Counted from the stretch's first letter, positions 42,594 to 52,575 are shown. The stretch: 64,000 nucleotides of DNA from an uncultured Candidatus Saccharibacteria bacterium (GCA_964599285.1 CAZREI010000002.1:9955-73954); one strand, 5' to 3'. The notes: generated from the sequence alone by a model not told the origin. Translations and numbers: made by a program.

Positions 42594-43259
42594 TTATTTT
42601 TTACTAACTTTTCTAGCTAATATTTTTGCAGATATATTAAATATGGGACTTCCATCTAATTTTTTGCCAAATGCCTTTCTCTTAACTTCATTGTATTCTA
42701 AAATTTCCCAACCCATATACATCTCTTTCAATTCGCCCTCATCTGGATAAAAATTATCTGTTTTGGGATCCTCCCTAAAAAAATCACCATTTTTCGTAAA
42801 AACCGTTATCGCATTTAATCCTTTAAGATTAGTGTGCTCCTGAATTTCCCGTATTAGTTTTATTGCTTCCTCATAAGACAAATGATGCAGCATAAAAGTA
42901 GAGACTAACACATCAAAATTACTATCAAGATTTAAATGGCGGCTATCTACAATTTCTGTTTTTATACCTAAATCTTTTTCCTGAGATACTTTTTTTATTT
43001 TTTCTATTCCAACTTTGGAAATATCTTCTGCCGTAACTTCAAATCCATTTTCAGCCAAAAATATAGAATTTCTCCCTTCACCAGCTCCTAATTCTAAAAC
43101 GGAACCTGAATTGCGATATTTTAGTATATCTTCAACAATTTTTTCTGGTTTTCCTTGGCCAAAAGTAACCCCATTTTCAGAATACATTTTGTCATAATGT
43201 TCTGCTATCTTATCTGCTGCTCCATCTTCACTTTCATTATTTTTTAACTGCTCTGCCAT
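42594..43259 (-). CDS. class I SAM methyltransferase (TehB-like)
   Basis: LELGAGEGRNS, Y.GWEILEYNE. Confidence 0.88.
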   Translation of the reverse strand: MAEQLKNNESEDGAADKIAEHYDKMYSENGVTFGQGKPEKIVEDILKYRNSGSVLELGAGEGRNSIFLAENGFEVTAEDISKVGIEKIKKVSQEKDLGIKTEIVDSRHLNLDSNFDVLVSTFMLHHLSYEEAIKLIREIQEHTNLKGLNAITVFTKNGDFFREDPKTDNFYPDEGELKEMYMGWEILEYNEVKRKAFGKKLDGSPIFNISAKILARKVSKK

Positions 43260-43482
43260 AAATTTACTACTAGGAATATTTTGATTTCGTTGCTGTATTT
43301 TACCATAAATCGGTTCAATCAGGCAACTGAAAGCTGTACATTTGTATATTTTCTTTACCTTGTTCATTGAGAAATAGATTCTGTCTCATTACCCAACACC
43401 ATTGACAATGGAGGGCATATGATATAATGTAAAAATAGTTTTTGGTACTTTGAAAATCCGAACTTCAATTTGGAGGATTGTT

Positions 43483-43977
43483 ATGTCTCATGCTATATCT
43501 AAGCAAAAAGTCTACGAAATGCTGATTGAGGAGATTAACCAAGTTATTGATAGGCTCACGAAGGTATATGAGACCACAAGTGATGCTGCGGTCAAGGCGC
43601 AGGGACGTATGGAATCACGCTACGACACGACCAAGGAAGAGCAAAGTAAGCTCGCAGATGCTATTGGTATGCAAGTTTATGAGCATAGGAAGCGTCTTAA
43701 GTCGCTTCAGTATTTCTGGTCTATAACAACGAAAAACGTAGGGACAGTTATTGGTCCCGGGTCGTTAGTTATAGTTGAAGCTGATAATCAAGAAGAAGTA
43801 TACTTTATTATTGAATCAGGGAGCGGTTACGTTTTTGAACTAGAAGGTTGCGAAATTGTTTGTATCTCTGTTCAGACGCCGCTCGCTCAATCACTAACTG
43901 GGCACAAACAAGGTGAAGTAGTGGAAGTGATAGTTGGGGGGGAAAAACGCTTACTAACTATCAAGTCCCTGCAGTAA
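43483..43977 (+). CDS. GreA/GreB-like protein
   Basis: ESRYDT, GSLV, IS..TPL...L.G...GE; promoter 43402-43428; GGAGG SD. Confidence 0.8.
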   Translation: MSHAISKQKVYEMLIEEINQVIDRLTKVYETTSDAAVKAQGRMESRYDTTKEEQSKLADAIGMQVYEHRKRLKSLQYFWSITTKNVGTVIGPGSLVIVEADNQEEVYFIIESGSGYVFELEGCEIVCISVQTPLAQSLTGHKQGEVVEVIVGGEKRLLTIKSLQ

Positions 43978-43997
43978 TCCAACTGAAAGGATTTGAG

Positions 43998-44564
43998 ATG
44001 AAACTGGAACATGTCTTTGTTAGTATTGATGGAGTAGATGGTGTTGGCAAGACCACGGTAGCAAAGCTTCTTGCTGCTGATGGATCTTTCCAATATCACA
44101 AGTCTCCAACCAGCCCTTTTGCGCAACTGCGAAAAGAAGTTGACGCTCACGCAAATCCGATTGAACGCTACTGCTTCTACCGTATAGCAACGCAGTTTGA
44201 TTCAGCGCAGATAAGCAAGTTGCTGGAAACAAACTCAGTTGTCTGTGATCGCTACATTGCGTCAACGGCGGCATATCACATCGCAATGGACGCTCGTATT
44301 CGAGTTATCCATAGTGATGCGGAACTCCTTAAGCCACATTTTGCGTTTCTTCTAGGTGCTCGTTCGGAGATTCGTGATAAGCGAATACTTGAACGCGCAA
44401 AAGTGTTAAGCGATGTAAAACTTGAGAGAGATAGTATGCTCCTCGATCGCGTCGCTGAAATTTTTATGTCGTTCGGTCTTACCTACATTGACACCAGCGA
44501 CATCCCAGCTGAAGAAGTCGTACAAGTAATAAAGCGCATCGTTGCGCAAGGAGGAATACCATGA
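43998..44564 (+). CDS. thymidylate-kinase-like P-loop nucleotide kinase
   Basis: IDGVDGVGKTT, VCDRY..ST.AY. Confidence 0.88.
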   Translation: MKLEHVFVSIDGVDGVGKTTVAKLLAADGSFQYHKSPTSPFAQLRKEVDAHANPIERYCFYRIATQFDSAQISKLLETNSVVCDRYIASTAAYHIAMDARIRVIHSDAELLKPHFAFLLGARSEIRDKRILERAKVLSDVKLERDSMLLDRVAEIFMSFGLTYIDTSDIPAEEVVQVIKRIVAQGGIP

Positions 44565-45574
44565 GCTTGAAGCCGCTTTCGTACGCTCACATCATGGCCA
44601 TTGCAGATGCGTGGCGTGATATGGGTGGTGTTCCTGAAGTAGAAATCGGTGCCCTTGAACCGCTTTTGTGGCGTGACGAGCAATATCGCATTCACGATGT
44701 TGTGAGTGCGCTGACTGAACGCGGATTCAATGTTTCGATGACCACCAATGGACAATTACTGGATATCTTCGCCAAGAATTTGAGTCGTGCAGGTCTCTCA
44801 CTCATACGAACTAGCTGGCACTCGACTGACCCACTTATGTTTCGGGAAATATCTGGAGGTTATGGTGATTACAATCGGTTCATGCGTGGGATAATACTTG
44901 CGCTTGAATCGGGTATAAAAATTGCCTTCAATCGCGTACTCCACAAAGGGTACACTGATGATATTCCCGAACAATTGTCGTTCATTGAGCGGTACAAAAG
45001 CCGACTCAAACTCTACACACTTCTATGGACGCCGCAGGGTGCATCTACTCACGAGTTGTTCTATCAAGATTGGCATCCTGTTGTGCGAGAATCAGTTTTG
45101 CCACGCACACTCAAGATAGTCAGAGTCAGAAAACAACTTGGTCGTGGACGTCTTCGGTTTCATCTTGTTGGAGGTGGATCGGTTGAAGTAAAGTTAGGTG
45201 ATAAATTGGACCGTAGTATGCACCCCTGTACATCATGCTCGTTTAAAAACGAGTGTGAAGAGGGGTTTGGCGACTATGTTCGAATTGACCCGCGTCTGCA
45301 CCTTTACTTCTGCTATATGCGCAGGGATATCGGATTCCAAATACCGGAATACTTTGGGAGACCAGAGGTATTGAAGCAGAAGTTACAAGAAGCAATTGGG
45401 ACAATAGATGTTGAGAATCTTCTTGTAACGGCTCCGCTACGCCTGACCGTAACGCCATTCTGCAATTTTAATTGCAGAGCGCCTGGCGCAAAACAGGGAT
45501 GGTGCATGGAGGAGCCAGGTGAGTACACATATCCAAAAATTCGTTTGTCTCTCCTGGGAGAAAACAAACCTTAA
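44561..45574 (+). CDS. circularly permuted MoaA-like radical SAM protein
   Basis: EPLL, TTNG, CxxC..C..R...C auxiliary region, and LRLTVTPFCNFNC-x8-WCM at the C-terminus. Confidence 0.75.
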   Translation: MSLKPLSYAHIMAIADAWRDMGGVPEVEIGALEPLLWRDEQYRIHDVVSALTERGFNVSMTTNGQLLDIFAKNLSRAGLSLIRTSWHSTDPLMFREISGGYGDYNRFMRGIILALESGIKIAFNRVLHKGYTDDIPEQLSFIERYKSRLKLYTLLWTPQGASTHELFYQDWHPVVRESVLPRTLKIVRVRKQLGRGRLRFHLVGGGSVEVKLGDKLDRSMHPCTSCSFKNECEEGFGDYVRIDPRLHLYFCYMRRDIGFQIPEYFGRPEVLKQKLQEAIGTIDVENLLVTAPLRLTVTPFCNFNCRAPGAKQGWCMEEPGEYTYPKIRLSLLGENKP

Positions 45575-45595
45575 TGCCGCGATGAGCTTACAAGT

Positions 45596-46174
45596 TCATG
45601 CGGCTTTTTTCTTTGGTGGATTTGAGAATGTGATTTTCGACAAACGAATTATTGTTTCGGCAGGAATACCTATTTCTTTTTCGTATATAAGATCAATACT
45701 ACCAAAGACAGCTTTTCTGAATTCAAAACCTAATTCACTGGATATTTCTTGCACTATTTTCTCGTTTGACCCCTCAATCTCTACAAATGGATTTAGTCCA
45801 GGCCATGTATCAATCATTACTTCCACTCCGTCACGCACCCATACCTCGCGCATATTTTCCTGAAATGCTTTTACGGGGGCACCACATGCTTCTAAAAACG
45901 ATGCGGCAGTATCAAAATCATTGACAATAAGCTCAACTTCATAAGTGTCGTTGATGCCCAATCCACGAACTTCTTTAATAGTCATTGTTACCTTATCGGA
46001 TTCTTGCCGAACACGACCCCATTTATTTCGTCCAGGCGCAATACGAGAAAAATCAAAAGTTTTTCTCCGCATCATATAATCCGGGGTTTTTAAATCAAAT
46101 CCCTTACTTTTTAATTTGACTCGTAGTAAATCTTTATTGACCGATAGGAATTTTGCCTCTACTTCTTTTTTCAT
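45596..46174 (-). CDS. CYTH / triphosphate-tunnel enzyme
   Basis: EVEAKF, RVR, IDTWPGL..FVEIEG. Confidence 0.9.
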   Translation of the reverse strand: MKKEVEAKFLSVNKDLLRVKLKSKGFDLKTPDYMMRRKTFDFSRIAPGRNKWGRVRQESDKVTMTIKEVRGLGINDTYEVELIVNDFDTAASFLEACGAPVKAFQENMREVWVRDGVEVMIDTWPGLNPFVEIEGSNEKIVQEISSELGFEFRKAVFGSIDLIYEKEIGIPAETIIRLSKITFSNPPKKKAA

Positions 46175-46238
46175 AACTGTAGTTTATCACGAATTTTATC
46201 ATCTGCATAATTTAAAGAAATACAATTTTATAGGCTCT

Positions 46239-46817
46239 CTATAATACTTCCGCAGAAAATAATTTTAGTTTATCCGCTAACTTACTAATAGGAAGCCCTT
46301 CAGCACCAAAAAAGTCACCTTCTATTTTTTCAATCAATACCGCGCCAATGCCTTGAATGGCATATGAACCAGCTTTATCTAAAGGTTCCCCGGTTTCTAT
46401 ATATTTTTTGATTGTACTGGAAGTAAACTTTTTCATATAAACCACTGTTTTATCGTGAAAAGATAGTGATTTGCCGTTCTTGGTATCGATAATAGTAACT
46501 CCAGATATAATATCGTGTTTTGTCCCGCTTAACATTGTAAGCATTTTCTCGGCATCTTTTTTATTTTTTGGTTTACCCAATTTCTTATTCTTATATACTA
46601 CAATCGTGTCAGCAGCGATGATAATGGTATTAGGATTTTTAAGAGCAACACTTTCTGCTTTTCCTTGCGACAAATATTCAACCAGTTTTTCGGGTGACAT
46701 TTTCAGATTCATATCTTCCCGATAATCACTTGCCTGAATTTGAAAAACTAACCCTGTTCTTGCAAGGATTTCTTTTCTTCGCGGAGAAGTTGAGGCTAAT
46801 ACTATTTTTCTATTCAT
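46239..46817 (-). CDS. maf: Maf nucleotide pyrophosphatase
   Basis: LASTSPRR, ADT, DKAGSYAIQG. Confidence 0.95.
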   Translation of the reverse strand: MNRKIVLASTSPRRKEILARTGLVFQIQASDYREDMNLKMSPEKLVEYLSQGKAESVALKNPNTIIIAADTIVVYKNKKLGKPKNKKDAEKMLTMLSGTKHDIISGVTIIDTKNGKSLSFHDKTVVYMKKFTSSTIKKYIETGEPLDKAGSYAIQGIGAVLIEKIEGDFFGAEGLPISKLADKLKLFSAEVL

Positions 46818-46830
46818 GATAAAAAATCTA

Positions 46831-47370
46831 TTATGTTTTTTTATAAAAACTTTCAGGTGGCGCGATTATCTGAATGAAGGCATTTCTTAAAGATTCTTCC
46901 AAACTTATTTCCCGTATCAGCACCCCTCCAGAATATGTTCCCCATGTATCATTCGGCAAGTTGCCAAATTCCTTTTCAATCATTGCCATAACGCCATAAT
47001 GTTCCATGTTTAGATCATCCATTTTTTGCAAGATATAATCTGGAACTTTTAATCCACTAGAATATCCGTAGTATTCTTTGCTGTCACCAGTTATAATAAC
47101 AGCCCAACACTCTTCATACATATGTCCGTATCTTTCTACTAAACCGCTTTCCAATCCTATATAATAATCGCAATTTATAACATGATGTTTAGAGTCCATC
47201 GCCCTATTCCTTGCTCCATCAAAAGTTTGCTGATCGTAAGGAGTATAAGGAACTTTGGATTCTGCATCATAACTTTCAGTAACTATATTTTTCTCATTAA
47301 AAAGTTGGCCAACAACCTTTTCAGTGACAGCAATTTTTCTCTGACTTTTGGAACCAACAACAAATTTCAT
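46831..47370 (-). CDS. YjjX/DUF84 inosine/xanthosine triphosphatase-like
   Basis: VGS....K, GARNRA, IGLESG. Confidence 0.85.
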   Translation of the reverse strand: MKFVVGSKSQRKIAVTEKVVGQLFNEKNIVTESYDAESKVPYTPYDQQTFDGARNRAMDSKHHVINCDYYIGLESGLVERYGHMYEECWAVIITGDSKEYYGYSSGLKVPDYILQKMDDLNMEHYGVMAMIEKEFGNLPNDTWGTYSGGVLIREISLEESLRNAFIQIIAPPESFYKKT

Positions 47371-47438
47371 AATTTCTATTTTTAATTTTTGTATCCCCCA
47401 TTTATCTATATGTGAAAAGCAAAAAATAGGAAAATAGA

Positions 47439-48983
47439 TTACTTCTTCACCCACTTCTGTTTGATGCCCAGTTTAAAATGCTTTGGATCTTCGGCTGGCC
47501 AAAATTGTAATCTAGGCAATGCACGGTTACCGATAAATTTATGCAACTCCCGATATTCGGAGTTTTTTAATTCTAACTGTTCAGTGATAGCGTTAACCAT
47601 GGCACGTTTAATGACCTTGGGGATACCATTCTCTCCATAAGGTTTTTTCATCTCCAAATGAATTAAAAGATACTGGTTTTGCTTGCGGTCAAATTGGGTC
47701 TCCAAAGTGAATTTTCCTGTCACATACATGGCCAGCGGTTTTTTGAGCAAGGCCGCCCTGATCGGTTCTGGATAAATTTGCAAGCCATATAACGTAACTG
47801 ACAAGTCGCTGCGTTCAAAAACAAACACAAACGGAAGTTCGTTGGCAACTGTATCTATGCCGGCTTTTTTTTCTTCACGGACAATATCTACGCCATGCTT
47901 TTTGAGCAGGGCAACCATTTGCGAATAAGAATACACTCCCCCATGATCTCCAACATTATAGCGGATTAAGGGAATTTCGTTATTACCCGTTAAAATAATA
48001 TTCCCGTCTACTGACTCAAAATTAATAAATAACGGATTAAATTGAGTTAAGGTGGGTGTCTTATTGATTGATCCGAAGATATCTTTAAATAAGTCTGGCT
48101 TACTGGTGGCTATTCTCCGAATTAAAATACTCAGCGGAGTTTCATAAGCCATAGCACCAATATCCGCAGTTCCGTAAATATTCAACGTATCCAAGTAAAT
48201 ATTTTTAATACGGACACTATCGGCTAAGTAACTTCTGAACTCTTCGGTAAAAGCTTCTGCCGCAAAGAGTAACTTCACATTCATCTTTTTAAAGTCTACG
48301 CTTTGGGAAGCTGACTCATCAACAATATCTTTGATAAACGGCGGGTATCCGACTAAAACGACGGTATGAAAATGAGGCGCCAACTTTTTTAAGGTGTTGA
48401 AAATTTCTTTTTTATTAATGCCCGGGGTAATAATGGATATTGGAGTACCAATACGCTGGGCAGCCATTTCAAATGCTTTATAGGTAATCAAGCCCCCTAT
48501 CCACACTCCCATCCCAAAACAAATAACCACCAAGGTAGGGCCTTGTTTTTTTTGCAAACTATTCTTAAGAAATTCTTCAATCAACAAAGAATACTGCCAA
48601 TCCAGTTCGTTTCCCCTAGGAAAATAAAATGGCTCTCCCGTAGAACCAGATGTTGAAGTAAATACTAATGGTTTTTCCAGATTTCCGTTCCAGCAAACTT
48701 TTTCAAGTGAATATTTACGCAGATAGTCTTTTTTGCTAATAGGCGGAACTTGCACAAAATCGTCCCATGTTTTTATTTCTCCAGGATTAACTCTATTTTT
48801 TTTAAGAAAATCCTGATAAGCGGGAACAAATTCAGCTGCTTTACGGAAAAGTGCCAATGAACGTTTTTTTTGTTCCAATGACCAATCATTTGAATTTCTT
48901 TTTTTTACATCCAAAAGATCCGGGCTATTCTGTTTGATAACTTTAAAAAGAGTAGATGTGGTAAAACTTTTTTGAGATTTCAT
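47439..48983 (-). CDS. phenylacetate-CoA ligase (PaaK)-family adenylate-forming enzyme
   Basis: VPAY, STSGSTGEP, YGTAD, PLIRY.VGD. Confidence 0.9.
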   Translation of the reverse strand: MKSQKSFTTSTLFKVIKQNSPDLLDVKKRNSNDWSLEQKKRSLALFRKAAEFVPAYQDFLKKNRVNPGEIKTWDDFVQVPPISKKDYLRKYSLEKVCWNGNLEKPLVFTSTSGSTGEPFYFPRGNELDWQYSLLIEEFLKNSLQKKQGPTLVVICFGMGVWIGGLITYKAFEMAAQRIGTPISIITPGINKKEIFNTLKKLAPHFHTVVLVGYPPFIKDIVDESASQSVDFKKMNVKLLFAAEAFTEEFRSYLADSVRIKNIYLDTLNIYGTADIGAMAYETPLSILIRRIATSKPDLFKDIFGSINKTPTLTQFNPLFINFESVDGNIILTGNNEIPLIRYNVGDHGGVYSYSQMVALLKKHGVDIVREEKKAGIDTVANELPFVFVFERSDLSVTLYGLQIYPEPIRAALLKKPLAMYVTGKFTLETQFDRKQNQYLLIHLEMKKPYGENGIPKVIKRAMVNAITEQLELKNSEYRELHKFIGNRALPRLQFWPAEDPKHFKLGIKQKWVKK

Positions 48984-48989
48984 CAAATC

Positions 48990-49289
48990 TTATCTTACAA
49001 GCAGCAGCAATGCCGCTCCGCCGCTTTCTATGTGGTCTCCTACGACTTTTCCTATGCAACGGTTTTCATAGTCAAAAACCTGGCCGTCGCCGTGGACCGT
49101 GCCGATGTGGCTTCCGGCTTTGTACACGTACCCGTTGGCTCCAAAATTTCCGACCACGCTTCCCGAAGCATTGTGCACTTCACTATCGCTTGAAACATAT
49201 CCAATAATAACGTTTGCCGTGTTGCGGACCCTCCCATCTTCTCCAATGGTCGCCATTTTTTGCCCGGATATATCTAAGATGTCTGACAT
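48990..49289 (-). CDS. small beta-repeat protein
   Basis: repeated IG.V..DG.V.. units; ends GGAALLLL. Confidence 0.7.
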   Translation of the reverse strand: MSDILDISGQKMATIGEDGRVRNTANVIIGYVSSDSEVHNASGSVVGNFGANGYVYKAGSHIGTVHGDGQVFDYENRCIGKVVGDHIESGGAALLLLVR

Positions 49290-49454
49290 AGTTTTTGGAG
49301 TAATCACGAATATACCAATACGATCAAATATACAAATGTTACAAATATACGAATGTGCTGGATTGCCACGTCGCTTCGCTCCTCGCAATGACGGACAGAA
49401 CGGATTTGTATATTGGTAAAATTTGTATATTGTTCTAAATTTGTATATTCGTGA

Positions 49455-50117
49455 TTACTCCCTAATTAGTTGGTATTCTTTGTTAAAAATCTTTTTGGAA
49501 ATAATAAAAATACTATAGGTGATAAAGGGCGCGGCAAAGACATCTATGGAATAATGCATGTGGGCCAAAATCATGGTGACGCCAAAAATGCCGGCGGCGA
49601 CAAAAAAGAAGTTTCTCCAAAGGGCTTCTTTCCAAAAAATCAGGCCAAATAAAAATGGCGCGCCCACGTGTCCCGAAAAGAAAAAATCATTTTTGGCATT
49701 GTATAAAAAATCGTAAATACTGAAACCAACGCCCTGGGCGTTTAAGGTGATTTGATGAAGGCTGACTCCCAAGTGCGTCAAGCTGATAAAAAAGGACCTG
49801 ACAATAATAAAAAATGCCAAAGATTTAATAGAAAAAAGCAGGTAGCGGGGCTGGATGGCGCAGAGCATCATAACGACAAAAGACAGTATCAGCGCGCCTT
49901 GCACAATGAAAAAATCTAAATTAATGGTGGGCAGGTTGTCCAATAATAAATCCCCCACGTAGGTTACCTGCGCGTGATGGTCAACATAATTGTAGGCAAA
50001 ATGCTGCACGAGCAAAGCGGCCGCCAATAGCGCCACGGCACCCAAGAACAACAAAAACGTATCCTTTTTCCAAAAATGCGTATGGCGCAAATATATTTTT
50101 TCTATGTAGCTATTCAT
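49455..50117 (-). CDS. PAP2-like membrane phosphatase/phosphotransferase
   Basis: DFFFSGH, HYSIDV. Confidence 0.85.
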   Translation of the reverse strand: MNSYIEKIYLRHTHFWKKDTFLLFLGAVALLAAALLVQHFAYNYVDHHAQVTYVGDLLLDNLPTINLDFFIVQGALILSFVVMMLCAIQPRYLLFSIKSLAFFIIVRSFFISLTHLGVSLHQITLNAQGVGFSIYDFLYNAKNDFFFSGHVGAPFLFGLIFWKEALWRNFFFVAAGIFGVTMILAHMHYSIDVFAAPFITYSIFIISKKIFNKEYQLIRE

Positions 50118-50658
50118 ACCTTTCCCTGCGGAATTTATAAAACACTAAAAAAATAATCACTAAGGCAAAAGCGGTCAGCGCCATCATAGGAATGGTCACG
50201 TAGCCAAACTCAAATACGTAGCGCTTAATACAGGAAACTTGCACACCCCCGCGCAGGCAAAACACGTTCAATCCCCCATTATAGTAATAAATATAATTGT
50301 GATACAGTGACACCAAAAATCCCAAGCCCGCGAGCGCCAATCCATAGTCAGCCATGTGTCGGTCTTTTTTTACTAGCGCCATGCCCAACACTACCACCAA
50401 AGGATACATGAAAATCCGTTGAAACCAACACAGTTCGCAGGGAGGAAAACCGATTACGTTTGAATAAAAAAGGCTACCGGCTACTGAAATCAAACTGACC
50501 AAAAATGCTAATATCAATCCGCGACGCTCCACAAATTCCACCAAGGAAAACTGCTTTTTTTTAAAAAACAAAAGATAGATAATCGCCAAAACAATGCCAA
50601 CCTGGCTTAAAATTATCCCCAAAGAAAAAATGGTATTGGTAGCTGAAAGCAATGTCAT
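50110..50658 (-). CDS. DsbB/BdbC disulfide formation protein
   Basis: PCELCWFQRIFMYP. Confidence 0.92.
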   Translation of the reverse strand: MTLLSATNTIFSLGIILSQVGIVLAIIYLLFFKKKQFSLVEFVERRGLILAFLVSLISVAGSLFYSNVIGFPPCELCWFQRIFMYPLVVVLGMALVKKDRHMADYGLALAGLGFLVSLYHNYIYYYNGGLNVFCLRGGVQVSCIKRYVFEFGYVTIPMMALTAFALVIIFLVFYKFRRERYE

Positions 50659-50659
50659 G

Positions 50660-51046
50660 TTATTTGGGCAAGGCGCAGCCGGATTTTTGCGCCAGTTCCT
50701 GCAAACTTAATTCGCCCTCTTGTTTTGAATCGTCGGGTAGTTTCCAGGTTGGGTAACCTTCAATTTTTTGATCAGTGCATACCGCGAGCTCTCCGTTGCT
50801 ATCGGGCGTTGAGCACTCAACATAGGGAAGGTACTTTGCTGATTTTCCAAACAGTGACTTTTGGTCCTGGCAGTGCGGACACCAAAAAGCTCCGTACATT
50901 TTCAGTCCCTTGCTGTCAAGGCATTTGGCAAAATCATCCAGCTTGCCCGGCCCCTGGTCTTTTGCCCACAGAAAATAAAATAATCCGGCAACAACCAGCA
51001 AGGCTCCAATGATAATTAACAGGGTATTTTTCACTTTTGAATCCAT
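50660..51046 (-). CDS. membrane-anchored thioredoxin-fold protein
   Basis: YGAFWCPHC, GYPTW. Confidence 0.88.
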   Translation of the reverse strand: MDSKVKNTLLIIIGALLVVAGLFYFLWAKDQGPGKLDDFAKCLDSKGLKMYGAFWCPHCQDQKSLFGKSAKYLPYVECSTPDSNGELAVCTDQKIEGYPTWKLPDDSKQEGELSLQELAQKSGCALPK

Positions 51047-51179
51047 GTAGTTTTTAGTTTTAGGTTCCGGCCGCGTCGCCCGCGGGCGACACGGCCTGTT
51101 AGTTTAGGTTTTTTTGGTTGTTAGTTTTAAACTGGAAACTTTCTAAACTTAAACTTTAAACTTAAAACTGATAACTATT

Positions 51180-51950
51180 TTAGATGAGACTCATCTGATT
51201 TTTCAATGACTCATTACTGATCAGTCTCCGATAAGCGCAATGCTGGCAATCCGGATTTGACGGTGGAATATTGTCCGAATCCAAACACTTTTTAATATTC
51301 ATAATGGCTTGGTCAACCCACGCGCTGTTTCCCTGATACGGAATAATAGACGTTTCAAATTCCAATTTGCCGCCAAACCCGGGCCGATTGCGCGACGCGT
51401 TGGCAAACAAGAAATAACCGACATCAGAAACAGAAAATCCAAGCCTTGCAAAAATCCACTGATACACTTCCATTTGCCTTTTATACCCTATTTTGTACTG
51501 GCTGTCCAACGATATGGGATAATCCGTGCTGGTGGATTTGTAATCCACAATGTGTAGCGCCCCAGTTTTTTGATCCGCCCAAATATCGTCCACAATGCCG
51601 CAGATGTTCAAATTGGTTTCTTTGTGCAACACGCAGGCTCCTAATTTTTTATTGTTGTCATCGCGCCAGATAGCAAAATCGGGATGGTAAAACGGAATAG
51701 CATCAATGCCATATTTTTGCATCAGCGGGTGCGACTTTTTTTGCTCGCGCAGCAGGTCAAACTCATTTTTCAAAAGCGCGTCAACGGCGCTGTTGAGCGA
51801 CCAGCCGGGCATATCGGGCCGCACAATCCCCAACCGCCGGTCCAACCAAAAGCACTGCGGGCATTCCAAAAAAAAGTCAATTTTTGAGCGGCTGACGTTG
51901 AATGGCTCTTTGGATGTCGGATTATAAAGATTGGTTCTGCGCTTTTGCAT
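51180..51950 (-). CDS. PD-(D/E)XK nuclease family protein
   Basis: CPQCFW, G.VDD, IVDYKS, C.HC. Confidence 0.85.
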   Translation of the reverse strand: MQKRRTNLYNPTSKEPFNVSRSKIDFFLECPQCFWLDRRLGIVRPDMPGWSLNSAVDALLKNEFDLLREQKKSHPLMQKYGIDAIPFYHPDFAIWRDDNNKKLGACVLHKETNLNICGIVDDIWADQKTGALHIVDYKSTSTDYPISLDSQYKIGYKRQMEVYQWIFARLGFSVSDVGYFLFANASRNRPGFGGKLEFETSIIPYQGNSAWVDQAIMNIKKCLDSDNIPPSNPDCQHCAYRRLISNESLKNQMSLI

Positions 51951-51965
51951 AAATATGGCGACGCT

Positions 51966-52087
51966 AATTCCCAAGTCCCCAATTACCAATTCCCAATGAA
52001 ATGCTAAAAATCTTAATGCCCAAACCTGTTTTGGAATTTAGGATTTAGGATTTTCATTGGGAATTGGATATTGGGAATTGGAAATTA
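51966..52087. repeat. AATTCC/GGAATT palindrome (family L; shorter copy 53473-53520)
   Basis: aattcccaagtccccaattaccaattcccaatg versus cattgggaattggatattgggaattggaaatt. Confidence 0.8.
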
Positions 52088-52098
52088 AGACCAGCAGG

Positions 52099-52575
52099 TT
52101 ACGCGCTTCCGATGAGCATTCCCGCGATGGCGACCAGCACTCCTCCCACCACTACCTGAGCGACCGACCACAAAAAATTCATTTTAAAGTAGCGGGTGCG
52201 GATGTAGGCGATGACCAGAAGTTCGACTCCCACCACTAAGTATGCCACAGAAAGAGCTCGCCACACGTTGGGCAAAAAAAAGGGAACGGTGTGTAAAAAT
52301 CCGCCAATGAAAGTGGCTAGGCCCGTCACTAATCCCCGACGCACGGGGTGTCCCCTACCAGTGTGGACTCCCGTATCGGAAAGCGCTTCGGCAAACCCCA
52401 TACTGATGGCTGCTCCGATGGCCGCTGATAATCCAATCAGCAAGGTAACGTGGGAAGATTTGGTTGCAAAAGCGGCGGCAAACAGCGGGGCCAAGGTTGA
52501 TACCGATCCGTCCATCAGTCCCAGCAAAGCCGGCTGGATATATTGGAGCACAAAAGCTTTTTCTTTTTGATCCAT
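52099..52575 (-). CDS. VIT1/CCC1-family membrane protein (MbfA C-terminal-like)
   Basis: GLMDGSVSTLAP, ISMGFAEALSD. Confidence 0.88.
   Translation of the reverse strand: MDQKEKAFVLQYIQPALLGLMDGSVSTLAPLFAAAFATKSSHVTLLIGLSAAIGAAISMGFAEALSDTGVHTGRGHPVRRGLVTGLATFIGGFLHTVPFFLPNVWRALSVAYLVVGVELLVIAYIRTRYFKMNFLWSVAQVVVGGVLVAIAGMLIGSA

Noticed and set aside
44561-45574. Ordinary moaA or a 5'-truncated pseudogene
   Set aside because: No molybdopterin genes are nearby, the start has an SD and is coupled to the kinase, and the missing motif is present at the C-terminus.
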